From the NCBI RefSeq assembly GCF_009834535.1, contig NC_045696.1, positions 1,116,001 through 1,180,000 on the forward strand: a stretch of 64,000 nucleotides of DNA, in the 5' to 3' direction. Of this stretch, positions 24,560 to 35,470 are shown one piece after another. The notes beneath the pieces are model-generated. The model saw only the letters and a program-made list of their open reading frames with translations, did not search any database and was not told the origin of the DNA. Every line of letters begins with the position of its first letter. The first letter of the stretch is position 1. This DNA is from Camelus ferus. Its lineage: Eukaryota. The position numbers and the translations under genes were made by a program.

Positions 24560-25127
24560 GCTCGCCATCACCTCTGTAGCTCCAGGGACCATCCGGCACG
24601 TCTCCCTGCCCAGCAAGGCGGCCGCGGGCACCTCCTGGCTGTGGCCTCTGTGGAGACGGCCACCCTGGGTGGCTCACCAGGCCGGGGTCCCTGAGGAGCA
24701 CAGGCTGATTGGCCGGGGCAGTTTTCAGGCTGACTATATAAGGTCACGTGGGGGCAGTGGCCCCATTCCTGGGAATCCCCCCTCCCCCAAAGTAGTTGGA
24801 ACAGCCCTCCCCGTGTCAGCGCAGGGAGTTGCTCAGTCCATGAAGGCTGGCCCGCCCCCGCCTCCCAGCCTCTGGCCGCAGCCTGCAGAGACGGCCGCGC
24901 TCTGTGCGGGCTGTGTGCCTGCCTTCAGCTACCCTGAGCACCCACCCCGCAGCACGTGGCCGCGCGCTTGCCTTCAGACACAGCCTGCACTCTGTCTGGG
25001 GGGTGTGTGTCTCTCTGAATACACCTACCTTTACTCACCTGTGGCTCCCCCTTGAATTCTTTCCTGTGAAGCCAAGGACCCACGCTCAGTGGGGTGTGTC
25101 CCAAGGGCCCCACCGAGACCTGGGACA
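24560..25127 (+). mobile_element. ERV1-like solo LTR (5' boundary uncertain)
   Basis: 3' end ...cttgaattctttcctgtgaagccaaggaccca...tgggaca is typical of ERV1 U5. An internal imperfect duplication lies at ~24872-25010. Confidence 0.5.
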
Positions 25128-27077
25128 CGGCCCTCCTCATGCCCCACACTGTTCCTGTCACCTGCTCTCCCTTTAGCTCTTTCCGATCATGTTTATCATG
25201 AACAACTGACCTCAGAGGTGGCTGCAGACACTTCGGGGCTGGGCTACGATGGCTAACCCAGCCCATGGCTTGGCCATAGTCACCACAAACAGAAAAGGGC
25301 AGAGCCCAGGCCAGTCCCAGGTCTCCAACTTCCACCCTCCCCCGTGTGGACGCCTGGGGCTGCAGCCTGGGCCCTGGTGGGGAGGCTGGGCGCCACAGAA
25401 TCGGTGGGTGGTTCTGCTGAAAGCCTGCGGTGAGGAAGGAAGGCATATGGGGCCAGAGTTTCCTGCGGGAGTTGGAGACAATGATGGCCGGCTGATGGCA
25501 AGTTTGCCTGCCCCGGTGAGCCTGGTCTGACCCCAGAGCATGACTCGGGGAGGCAGGGCTCCTCAGGCCCGGCTGAAGGCGCCTCGGACAGTAAGGAGGC
25601 GTCTGTGACTCCAAACATAAGTTTTTTGTCTTTACCTAGAAAGCACATTTTGTTATGGGAAAATGAAAACCAGAGAACTTGTTCCACTGAGAGCTGAGGG
25701 CAGGTGAACAAAACAACGTACAAGCTGGACCCTGGGCAGCGGGACAGCCCCTCTGCGAATGCCCTGGTCAGGTGTGCACATACCTGCACCTGCCACTTCT
25801 CTGAGTGACCAGCGCCCCAGGCAACCACTCCGAAGTACGGGAGGCCCGGCGTGCCTTCTTCATCGTTCAGCGTTCCCAGACCTTCTGATGCTTGCGTCCT
25901 TACCTGCGCTTCTGTTGGCCCTGGTTTTACCCGAGGCAGAGAAATCAGACACCTTCATTTCTGTGATTGAGACGCCCAGCCCCTATCTGAGTTTTCTGTT
26001 TTATTTCAACTGAAAAATTTGCCTCTTGGGCTTGAAAACAAGCGGCTCTGGTTCTTGGAAGCTTCATCATACACTGGGTGTAGACGCCCTCATGGACCCT
26101 CTGGGGACCTCGGAGAGGGCTTATCTGCCTTTGTGGAGGAAGAGGCAGCTCGAGGGAGGGAGTGGGGGGGCTGAGACCTCCGTCCAGGCAGTGGTACGTC
26201 TGCCCCACGCCTGGGCCCTCTCTGCTAAAGCCAGGAGCCAGCTTGGCCAGGTGCTCAGGCCCCGCGGCGCAGTGGGAAGTCCCCTGGGAGCTGAAAGCCC
26301 CCAGAGTCGGGCAGCCCACAGGGAAGGTCCAGGTCTTGGGTAGAGGACCTTAGTGGTCCTGGTGGAGCCACTGCGCAGCCAGGGCTGAGGACCCTGGACC
26401 TGAGGGAGCGAGACCCCCGATGGAGCAGGGTAAGGTGAGAGCATCTCACGTAGACCGAGCACCACCACCTGCTGGGGGCGCAGCCAGAGGTGGGGACGGA
26501 CCACGCCGTGCGTCACCACTGCCGTCAGCCTCGGATAGCACGGGCCAGGCTTCAGGCTCACCGCCACTGTCCCCATGGCTGATGGATTCCTTCAGATCCC
26601 ATCCTGGGGTCACTGGATGCCCAGCCTCAGTGCAACGGAGGGACTGACTCGTGTCCATCTCCATGGAGTGACCAGTGACCAGCCAGACCACAGGGGAGTG
26701 GGGAATGTGGGTCAGAAGAGTAAGGGGGGCCACACCAAGCAGGGCCTGGGAGGGACCGAGGGACAGAGGCCGCCGCCCCTCTGCACCTTGATACCTGCCA
26801 AATGCAGATCAAGCCAGTCCTGGCCCAGCAGGGACAGGGCCTGTCCAGCAGACAGCAGTGGGCAAGGCTTGTAGTTGGTAGGTCCCTCCTGGTGGCCGGG
26901 GTGGTGTGGGAGGCTGAGACAGGAACAGACAGATGCAGCGACGCCCTGACTGCTCCTCAGCCCCCTCCGTTCGTGGGCGGCACAGAGTCACAGGGGCCGC
27001 AGCCCCTCCCCAGCACCCCCAGCACCCCCTCCCCGCTCAACGCTCTGCCAAGACCGTCCCCTTTACATCTCTCTGTC

Positions 27078-27515
27078 CTGTGAGGGTCTGGGAGCTGCTG
27101 CAACAAGTTGTTACTAACAGGGTGACTTGGAACAACAGAAATTCACTGTTTCACTTTCTGGCGGCCGGAAGTCTAAACTCGAGGTGTCTCAGAGCCCAGC
27201 TGTCTCCGAGGCTCCCAGGTCGGCCCTTCTGGCTTCCCCAGCTCCTGGCGGCCCCGGGCATGTGGCCGCGGCCCCACCTTCCCCTGCCTCCCTCTGTGGT
27301 CATGTGGCCCCGCCTCTCTGTCACTGCTCCCTCTGCCTCCCTTCCCCAAGTCACTCGAGACAGCGTTTAGGGCCCAGCTGGCCAATCCAGGGGGGTCTCC
27401 CCGTCTCAAGACCCTTAACTCAATCCCATCTGCGGAGACTCCTTTTCCGAGTAAACGCGTGTTCGTGGGCCCACGGGGCAGGGCTTGGGGTCTTTGGGGA
27501 CACTTTTCACTGAGC
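27078..27515 (-). mobile_element. MaLR LTR (MLT1-like), GC-eroded
   Basis: gctgctgcaacaag...aacaacagaaattcactgtttcac...aatccagggg...ccttaactcaatcccatctgc...ttggggacac. Confidence 0.75.
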
Positions 27516-30500
27516 ATCTCTTATGGTTCAACTGGATTGCTGGGGTCTTATCGTGACTGAGGACGTCCCCGCAGGGCTGCTCACTCCCCTGTCCTCCACC
27601 AGGGAGGGCAGACACCCAGGCCACTCAGCGGCCACTTCCTGTGGGGCCCGAGGAGGGTAGTTAGCTCTGGCCACCACGGGAAGCCAGGCTCCTCCTGAAG
27701 CCTCCGGTGTGTCTCTCAGTGGCAGGACACCCCGGGGGGCGGGGACACGCTGGTTCCCGTGCCTGTGCGTGCCTTACTGCCCTCTGCCTCGTCTCTGGAA
27801 GACAAGTGAGCGTCTGCTGCGGCCTTATTGTCACACAGGGTCCCTGACTTGGACCAGGGCTGTGTGTTTCCATCAAGGACTCTGGTTCCTGTCACCGCAG
27901 GCGCGGCTCACCGCCTGGCTGAGTTGCTCCATCTCTGCGTCCTCTATATGCCACCCCCACCCCCGCCTTCAATTTGAGGCTCATCCCTTTGCCCCAGGGG
28001 CCTGTGTGACCAGACATCTACCGGCCGCAGGACGTCCACCTGCTGCGTGGTGACCAGCAGGAGGCAGCAAGAGCCAGGACCCTCCCTCTTTGGTCCCCGA
28101 GGGAGCGGGGCCTGTGTCCTGTCCTTGGGGTGAGTTGGATCTCCCCTGCATCAAGACCGTGGGGGACACACGAATGGGGAAGCTCTAGGTGTGGACCAGG
28201 CCACAGGGGGCCCCGCACTGTGACAGAAGGGGCTGGGCTGCAGGGCCGGGGGGGTGGTCATCTTGCTCCCAGTTACCCTGAATCGGGCTGACTGCCCACC
28301 ACTGGCCTCTGCCAGTGGACTCCTGGGCTTCTCTGGTCCTGGGGTGAATCCGTGTGTCCTTCCTTCCCGCGAGCCTCCTCTCCTGTTTGCTGGGACCCGG
28401 GGATCAGTGATGGGGACTGTGTGGGTCTGAGGTGGACGTGGGCAGATGGCACACTGGGGAGTCTCTGGAGGAGAGGTGCCTGGGCCCCGCTTGGTTCCTG
28501 GGCTGACGTGTTGAACCGTTTCGTGGGCCGCATCAGGCCCTGAGAGCCTGGTCTTTGCTCAGGGAGACCCCCAGCCCAGGACCCTGCGGCTGCCTTGGCG
28601 GGTGCTCCCAGGCCTGTGCGTCCCCACCTCCAGCCGTGGGAGCTAGTGGGGGGGCCGCCCCCTCCACTTCCAGAACAACAGCCGCGAGAGGGGAGGGCCA
28701 TCTGGCTTCACAAGGGGCGGCTGAGGTGCCCTGGAAGCTGGGCCATCATCCCTGGGGGGGCCCTGACTGGGGTGGGGGAGGGGCAGCAAGGCGGCGTCCC
28801 CCCCCCACCGTGGGGGGGTTGCTGCAGGGCCCCTGCGGGGCGAGCCGGAGTCCTGGGTGATGCTGGGCTGCGTTCTGCAGCTGTGACCCACCCTCACCTG
28901 GCCCCGTCCTGTCTCCTCCGTCCCAGCCGGAGGGCCCCCGACCAATAACCTCAGCCAGGCCTCCCCCCAACCTGGGGGCCAGGCCAAGTGGGGCACAGGG
29001 GGCAAGGGGCCGACCCACCTGTCTGACGGGGAGCAGGGGGACGGGAGGCGTCTGGGCCCTGGGTGTCCGGGGCCCCCGAGGACACATGGGAGAGCCAGCT
29101 CACCTTGCCACTGGTGCACAAGTTTCCTCTTCTGGCGAATCGATTCCTCAGGGTTGCAGGAGGCGAGGTGTCTGGGAGAAAATGCTCGCTTCCCTGTCAC
29201 GACAGAGCAGCAACAGTGACAGCGAGCGTGATCATGAGAGTGTGCACAGACGGGTGGATGGTGACAGACAGATTACGGACGACAGGTGGGTGTCGGGAAG
29301 AGCTGGGGCTGGCGTCCAGGGCTCACAGGGGTGTTTCCAGGCCAGCACAGGCACCAGGACGCTGAAGCTCACTGACTGAGAGGCGAAGTCGGGGAGACAG
29401 AAGGGGAAATGAACATGTGTTTTCCAGGTGGAACACCCCTGCGCCCAGTGGAAATCCCAGGTCCATTTGAGGGGTCTGTCGAGGGGCTCTGGAGCAAGCT
29501 GGCCCAGGCCCCGACCCTGCTCTGTGGCCACTGGGGGTCTGCAGCCTGTGGTTGTGTGACCCCCGGTGTCCTCACCTCCCCGGTGGGCCACTGGCCTGAG
29601 GGGCCGACGTGTCCGAGGTTGTGCAGTCAGGTGGGCAGACGCCGGACTGAGGGCAGACGGGGGGCAGGTTTGGGTCTGTTGGGTCTGAGGGGGTTGGGGA
29701 GGTGCGTGCGAGGACACAGGTCAGCAGGTGGACGGACGGGCTCAGGGAAGGGATGTGGAGATGGGGTGGGGTCAGGGGCAAAGCCGAGGGGTCGACAGGT
29801 GTCCTGAGTGGGGAGGCCACAGCTCCCAGCCCTCTCGCTGCAGGAATCAGGGCGGACTCTGCGGTGGGCGGTACAGGACTAAAGAGTGACCGGGGCCCGG
29901 CGAGCTCGGAGGCCAAGGAGCGGGCGGCAGTTCTCTCAGGGACGCTCTGCCTGTTTCTGTGACCTGAGTGGCGGGGTCCCTCACCTGGCCCCTGGGAGGG
30001 CGGAGGTGGGTGGTCTGGGGGAGGGCGTGGGGGATTTGGGTGGGGTCGGGGTCAGGCCCTCTCAGGGAGCCAGCGCTGTGAGCCTGGCGGGGGCTCAGAC
30101 CGCAGCCCCACCGTCCTGCCCAGCTGGGGTCCGGAGGTCCCGGCAGCCTCCGTCCTCTGGTCCGTGGCCCTGGGGTGAAAATGGCCCGGGGTGCCCGGGA
30201 TGGGCCCCAGGATGGTGCCCTCGAGCGGGGGTTGTCGGGGGCCCTTCCACGTGGTCAGTTTAACTTTCCAGTAAGAGTCCAGCTCGGGTGACGCGTTTGT
30301 TGATGAGGACTTTCCTCCTCCTCTGAGTCTTGAGGGAGGGACTGGAGACGCCGGGGCTGCCGGAGCCTCTTTCTTCGGTCCGACTTGGGCATCTGCGCTC
30401 TCGGGTGGGGAGCGGGATGGGGTGGGGGCTCCCCTTTACCGTCTCCTCGGTGGGTAAAGGCCTTTGTGTGTTTCCTGGAATGTGGCTTTTCCTTTGTAAC

Positions 30501-31959
30501 AAAGCAAATGCTTCACTGTGTGCTTCCCTTTAACAAATAAACATTGGCTCCCGGCGATGTCAGAGAGAACACAATAATGAACCCAAGTGTCGGTGATGAA
30601 CGGGAGGAGAACGACGGCCCCTCCACAGCCCGTCGCAGGAGGGGCTTTCCGCGGAGGCCACACATCCGGGCCTTCCACGTCTCCACCGCGAGCCGCTCAG
30701 AACCTGGGCGGGTTTCCATGCTTCTGAGTGGAGTGCTCCCTCTGGCCTGGGGGGCCCTGTCCCGACGCCCCACACCTGCTGTTCCCCACCCGGAGGCCCC
30801 TACGCCCCAAGGAGGGGCCCTGCCCTCACGGTGGCTCCGTGTGTGTTCCCTGGGCCTCATCCCAGGCTGGGCCCGGGGGTCCTGTCCTGAGGACGTGCCG
30901 CCCTCCTGGGGTCCTCGGATCTCCCCAGATTCCTCACCCAGGTCCGCCCCCTTTCCCAGGGATTGCTGATTGGAATTGGTGGCCAAGGAGCTGGGCCCCT
31001 CCTGAGGGGCAGGATCCATCAGGGACAGCGGATGGGGTGACTGGGCTGACAGACGCGCTGTCCCGTGGGAGGCCAGGCTGGGCTCTGGAGCAGTGGCCAC
31101 GGTGGGGCCTGCATCCCACAGCCTCTCAGCCTTCAGCTCAGGGGCTCCGGCCACGTGGCTGGCCAGGCCCTTCCCGAGTTCTCCACCCATCATGAGGGGC
31201 TCCGGTGGGGAGGGGTCCACAGCCAAACCCACACTGAGGGCTCTACTGGCCCAGGCCAGGTAGGGGCAGGGACCACAGACCTGGAGAGGGGACCAGTGGA
31301 GCCTTGTCCCTTCTTACATCCACTGACCTGACCCTCAGGCCATGAGTGCTGCAGGCGTGTGGGTTCGTGGCCAGCCAAGGGGGCGGGTCCCTTGTGAGGA
31401 CCACCCAGAGGTTCCGCATGCTGCTGCCAGGGTCTCGGTTTGAAAAGGGACGGCGGAAGTTGAGGGAGTGGGGGCCTCACACTTGGACTTGGATGAAGCA
31501 AGGGTGGCCATTTTCAACTGGCCATTTTGGGTGTGACCCTCACAGAGGGTGGGGAGAGGGGCTGGGGTCTTGGGTCCCCGCCCTGCTCCAGACTGGTGTG
31601 TGCGGTGGGCACCACCTAACTCCTCTGTGGAGCCACAGTGTGTGGTAACACCTGTCCCAGGGCCGCTCTGAGGGCGAGGTGAGCGGATGGAAGTGGCAGA
31701 CCACACTCACCACCCAGGGTCCTCGCCTTCGCCGTGTGACTTGGGGTCCCTTTATCCCGACACCGGCCCAGCCGTGTGACTCTCTGGCCAATGGGCCGTT
31801 GGCAAGTGCGGTGCAGGCAGAAGCCCGCGGGGCACGTGTTCAGCTGGGCGTGTCCGTCTGGCACCTCTGCCACCGCTGTTAGACGGCGCCCGGGCTGGTC
31901 TGAGAGAGGAGGGGGCCCTGCAGCAGCCGAGTCCTCCGCCAGCGCACCCCTGCCTGCCA

Positions 31960-33400
31960 GCAAGCCCAGGCAAGAGGGAGGAAACGCGAGGAGAGCACAC
32001 CCACGTGCCTCGGAGCCAGACTGCCGAAAACCGAGACAGAAAATCTTAAAAGCAGGAAGAAAGGCAACTGCTTTCAAAGGAAACCAAGCTCGCGGCTGCC
32101 TTCTCTAAGGGAGCAATGGAAGTCAGAAGACAATGGAACAAGGCCTTTAAAGAAAATCAGGTCGAACCGAGGATTGTTTTGCGGTTTTAATTTATTTAAC
32201 TTTTCATTTTGAGATAACTTTAGATTCTATCCTAAGAAGAGTTGCAGAAGTAGCACCAAGTGTCCCCATGTCCCCTTCACTGGGCACCCCGATGTCGACA
32301 CGTTACATCACCCGGCGCGATGGCTGAAACTGAGAAACGGTCCCTGACACGACCTTGTGAACCGAGCAACAGACTCTGCTGGGATTCCGCCCGCTGCTCA
32401 CTGATGTCCTCTTTCTGTTCTGGGCTCTTACACGCACTTGCTGTCGGACCTCCTCAGCCTCCTCCAGTCTGGGACGGTTTCTCAGCCTCTCCTGCGTTCC
32501 GTGACCCGGGCGCTCCTGGGAAGTGCGGTTAGGGATCTCACAGACTGACCCTCATGGGGGTTTGTCTGACATGTGCCCGCGATCATGGCGGGGTGACGGA
32601 TTACGGAAAGGCCACCACTCAGCACATGACACTGGAGGACCAGGGCAGCAGGGTCCCTTATTGCCGGGGATGTCAAACTTGGCCCTCGGGCGGGGGCTCT
32701 GCTGGCGTCTCCAGCACACAATCTCTCATTCCCCCTTCCGTGCTGCCGCGTGCAGCCCACACTCGGGGAGGGGCGCCCGCTCTGTCTTGGGACAGACCCA
32801 CAGCGAGCCTCCACCGTGCTTGACAGCTGAACTGTGCAAATATCCTGCTTTGCTGTGAGGGTCTGACCGCTGATTCTAGCTTCTTTTTTAATGCAGACTA
32901 CTCACTCAAACAACCCTAGTCCCATCGCTGACTTTGTTTTCTTTCAGAAGTCACTTGGCTCTCCCAGAAGGCCAAGCCTAAATTAGTCAGATACTGTTCA
33001 ACCTCTCTTGCTTCTAATGCAGTGAATTTCTTCCTTTCTTTTTGATTTTTGGTTTTAGCTTTCAGCGCAAGTACAGCCTGGCTGCGGCAGTCGTACCGGA
33101 GGGTCACAACGCTGAGTCCCCAGTTTCCCGAATTCCTTCTACATTTAGTAGCAGGCGTTTCACTGTGAGGAGGAGTTGCCCCTTCTCCCTTGCTTGTTTA
33201 TATGCTTGGCCTTTATCTAAATCCACATGGACTCATGGGCATTTATTTATTCTTTGGGCTGAGAGTTAACAACATCCTAATTTACATTATTGTACAATTA
33301 GCAAGTGGCTTACAGCAAAAATACCTGCAAAAATGTGAGCAAACTGAAGACATTTTCAGACACACAAAACTGGAGGGAGTTTGTCTCCAGCGGGCCTGAG
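31960..33400. mobile_element. L1 ORF1 fragment (+; ~31960-32180 and ~33300-33400) interrupted by an antisense L1MC-type 3' end (~32185-33295)
   Basis: gaaaatcttaaaagcag...aatggaagtcagaagacaatggaac; then ttttgagataactttagattc...gagttgcagaagtagcac...atggactcatgggcatttattt; then gaagacattttcagacacacaaaactg. Confidence 0.65.
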
Positions 33401-33559
33401 CTGAGAGGTCCTGGGCCTTCCTGGTGACGACACGTAGAGCCACGTGGAAACGGGAGGGGGCGCAGGGCGCAGCTTGGAGACGCTGCCGGGAGCGCCGTGG
33501 GCCTAGATGCCTGTGCAGCTCAGTGTCGTGGTTGCAGCCGAGAAAAGGCAGGCGGCGGG

Positions 33560-34080
33560 GTGTCTGTATCCTGCCGCTGTGTGAGAAGCCACCACAAGGA
33601 TGTGGCTGAAAACAGCGAGAGCTCCTCATCTCACAGTTCGAAGGCCCAAGGTTGGGGCGGCCCAGCTGGGTCTGGCACTGCCAGGGTCGAGGCTCGGCTG
33701 GGCCGCTCCCGTCCCAGGCCTTGGGGGGACCGTCCCATCCAGGCTCACTCTTGCCGGCAGAGCTCAGGTCCCCCCAGCGCAGGGCTGATGTCCCCTTCCT
33801 TTCTGGAATCGGCTCGGCTCTGCTTGTCACCGTCCCTCTGTCCCCAAACCAGCAGCACACGCCGAGTCCCCTCTCCTGCTCTGAATGTCTGACTGAAGCC
33901 AGAGACGGTCCTCTGCTCCCAGGCCCCCACGCTTGGGTGGGACTCACTCAGGTGACCCAGCACAGCCTCTGCATCTTTAGAGCCGAAACCTTAGACACAA
34001 CCATGTACGAAGGTAACACGTTCATGGGCTCTGGGGACTGGAGCGTGGGCGTCCGGGGCGGGGGCCACTCTGCTCCCAGG
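33560..34080 (-). mobile_element. MaLR LTR (older MLT1 subfamily)
   Basis: ctgccgctgtgtgagaagccaccacaa...ggctgaaaacagc...atctcacagttc...aggtaacacgttcatgggctctggggactggagcgtgg. Confidence 0.6.
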
Positions 34081-34229
34081 GCTCGAGTGGGACTCAGGAG
34101 GTCACGGCTCCGCACCGTCTGGAGGAAGCAAAGGCACCAGCTTCCGTTAGACGCGCGACCGTCCCCGAGACTCGCTGTGCTCTCAGGGGAGGGGGGTGCG
34201 TGCGCAGGGCAGCCAGAACGCACGCAAGC

Positions 34230-35470
34230 AGGACAGAGAGGAGAGTGTGGGATAACTTTAAAGGCAGTAACATTTTAAAAAGAGGATAATTAAGGGACTG
34301 AGAGAGAAGGGACACAGAGCAGAGGAGACAAATGGAGGGCAGCGGCCGCAGCTCCAGGTACGTCAGAATCCCACTGAGGCCGACCGAGCAAAACCTGTCA
34401 GACCGGAGGAAGAAGGGAAACAAGACCTCGGGCACCCTGCGTGTCAGGGATCCATCTCGAATCCCAGCAGGGTGGAGGCAGAGACGCAGAAACGTGCCGC
34501 TCAGTCACGGGCTGCAAGGAAGCCAGGGCCGCTCCGCGCCGAGCAGGGCCGTGTCACGGGGGCGGTGGGGGGGACACGCAGGGCGGGGCGGGGGGTCTTG
34601 TCCTCAGATGGCACCTCGCTGCACGTCACGCTCACACGGCAATTCCAGGCGGACGGTTGCTCTAAGGCTGAAAGGTCAAACAACGAAGATTTAGGGACAT
34701 GGCGAGAGGAGACATAAAATCACGGTCTCCTAAACGGGCCAGGGAAGGTGTGCGTCATGAAGACCTCACGGAAAGTGTGACCTTCCGAGCGAGCGGAGCC
34801 AACGGGGGCTTTGTGGGGAGGGCACGTGGAGAGCGCTTCCGGATCCAGACCCAGGGGCACGGCCCGGTAGACGTGTGGCCATGGACTTGAACGGTCCCTC
34901 CCCTGGGGGAGACCCACAGACACGTGGAGGCACTCAGCCTCGTGACTCAGGGAAACTCACGTCAGACCACGAAACACCGTCCTACCAGAGTGGCTAAAAC
35001 GGAACGACGGTACAATTCCGGGTGTTGACAAGCACGTGGGAAGCCTGGAGCCCTCACAGAGCGCGGCTGGACAGGCAGACGGTTCCAGCCACTCCGGGGG
35101 ACGAGGGGTCACCCTCCTCTAAGGTGGGACTTTTCACACCAGTAACCAGCGATTCCGCTCCCTGGTGTGTGTCCCACGGAGGTGCCTATCAAGTTCACCC
35201 AAAGACACGCGAGATTTTTCACAGCAGCAGGGCCATAATCCTGCAGGCAGGAAGCAACTCCAGCGTCCACGGTGGCGTGGCTGTGTGTCCGTCCTATGGG
35301 AGGCTGGGCAGCAATGAGCAGACTGCTGCACACAGTCGGGCACTGACACGCGCACCTCGCAGGGCTACAGTCGGCTGGCAGCAGCCACCCACGAGGAACA
35401 GGACGTGAGGACGTGCCCCTCGGGCGGTGCAGCGGGGGCCGGACCAGGAGGGCGGCCCGCTTGGATTTTG
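34230..35470 (+). mobile_element. Highly GC-eroded old L1 3' fragments
   Basis: cagagtggctaaaacggaac...gtgttgacaagcacgtgg...acccagcgattccgctccctggtg...ttcacagcagcagggccataatc. Confidence 0.55.
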
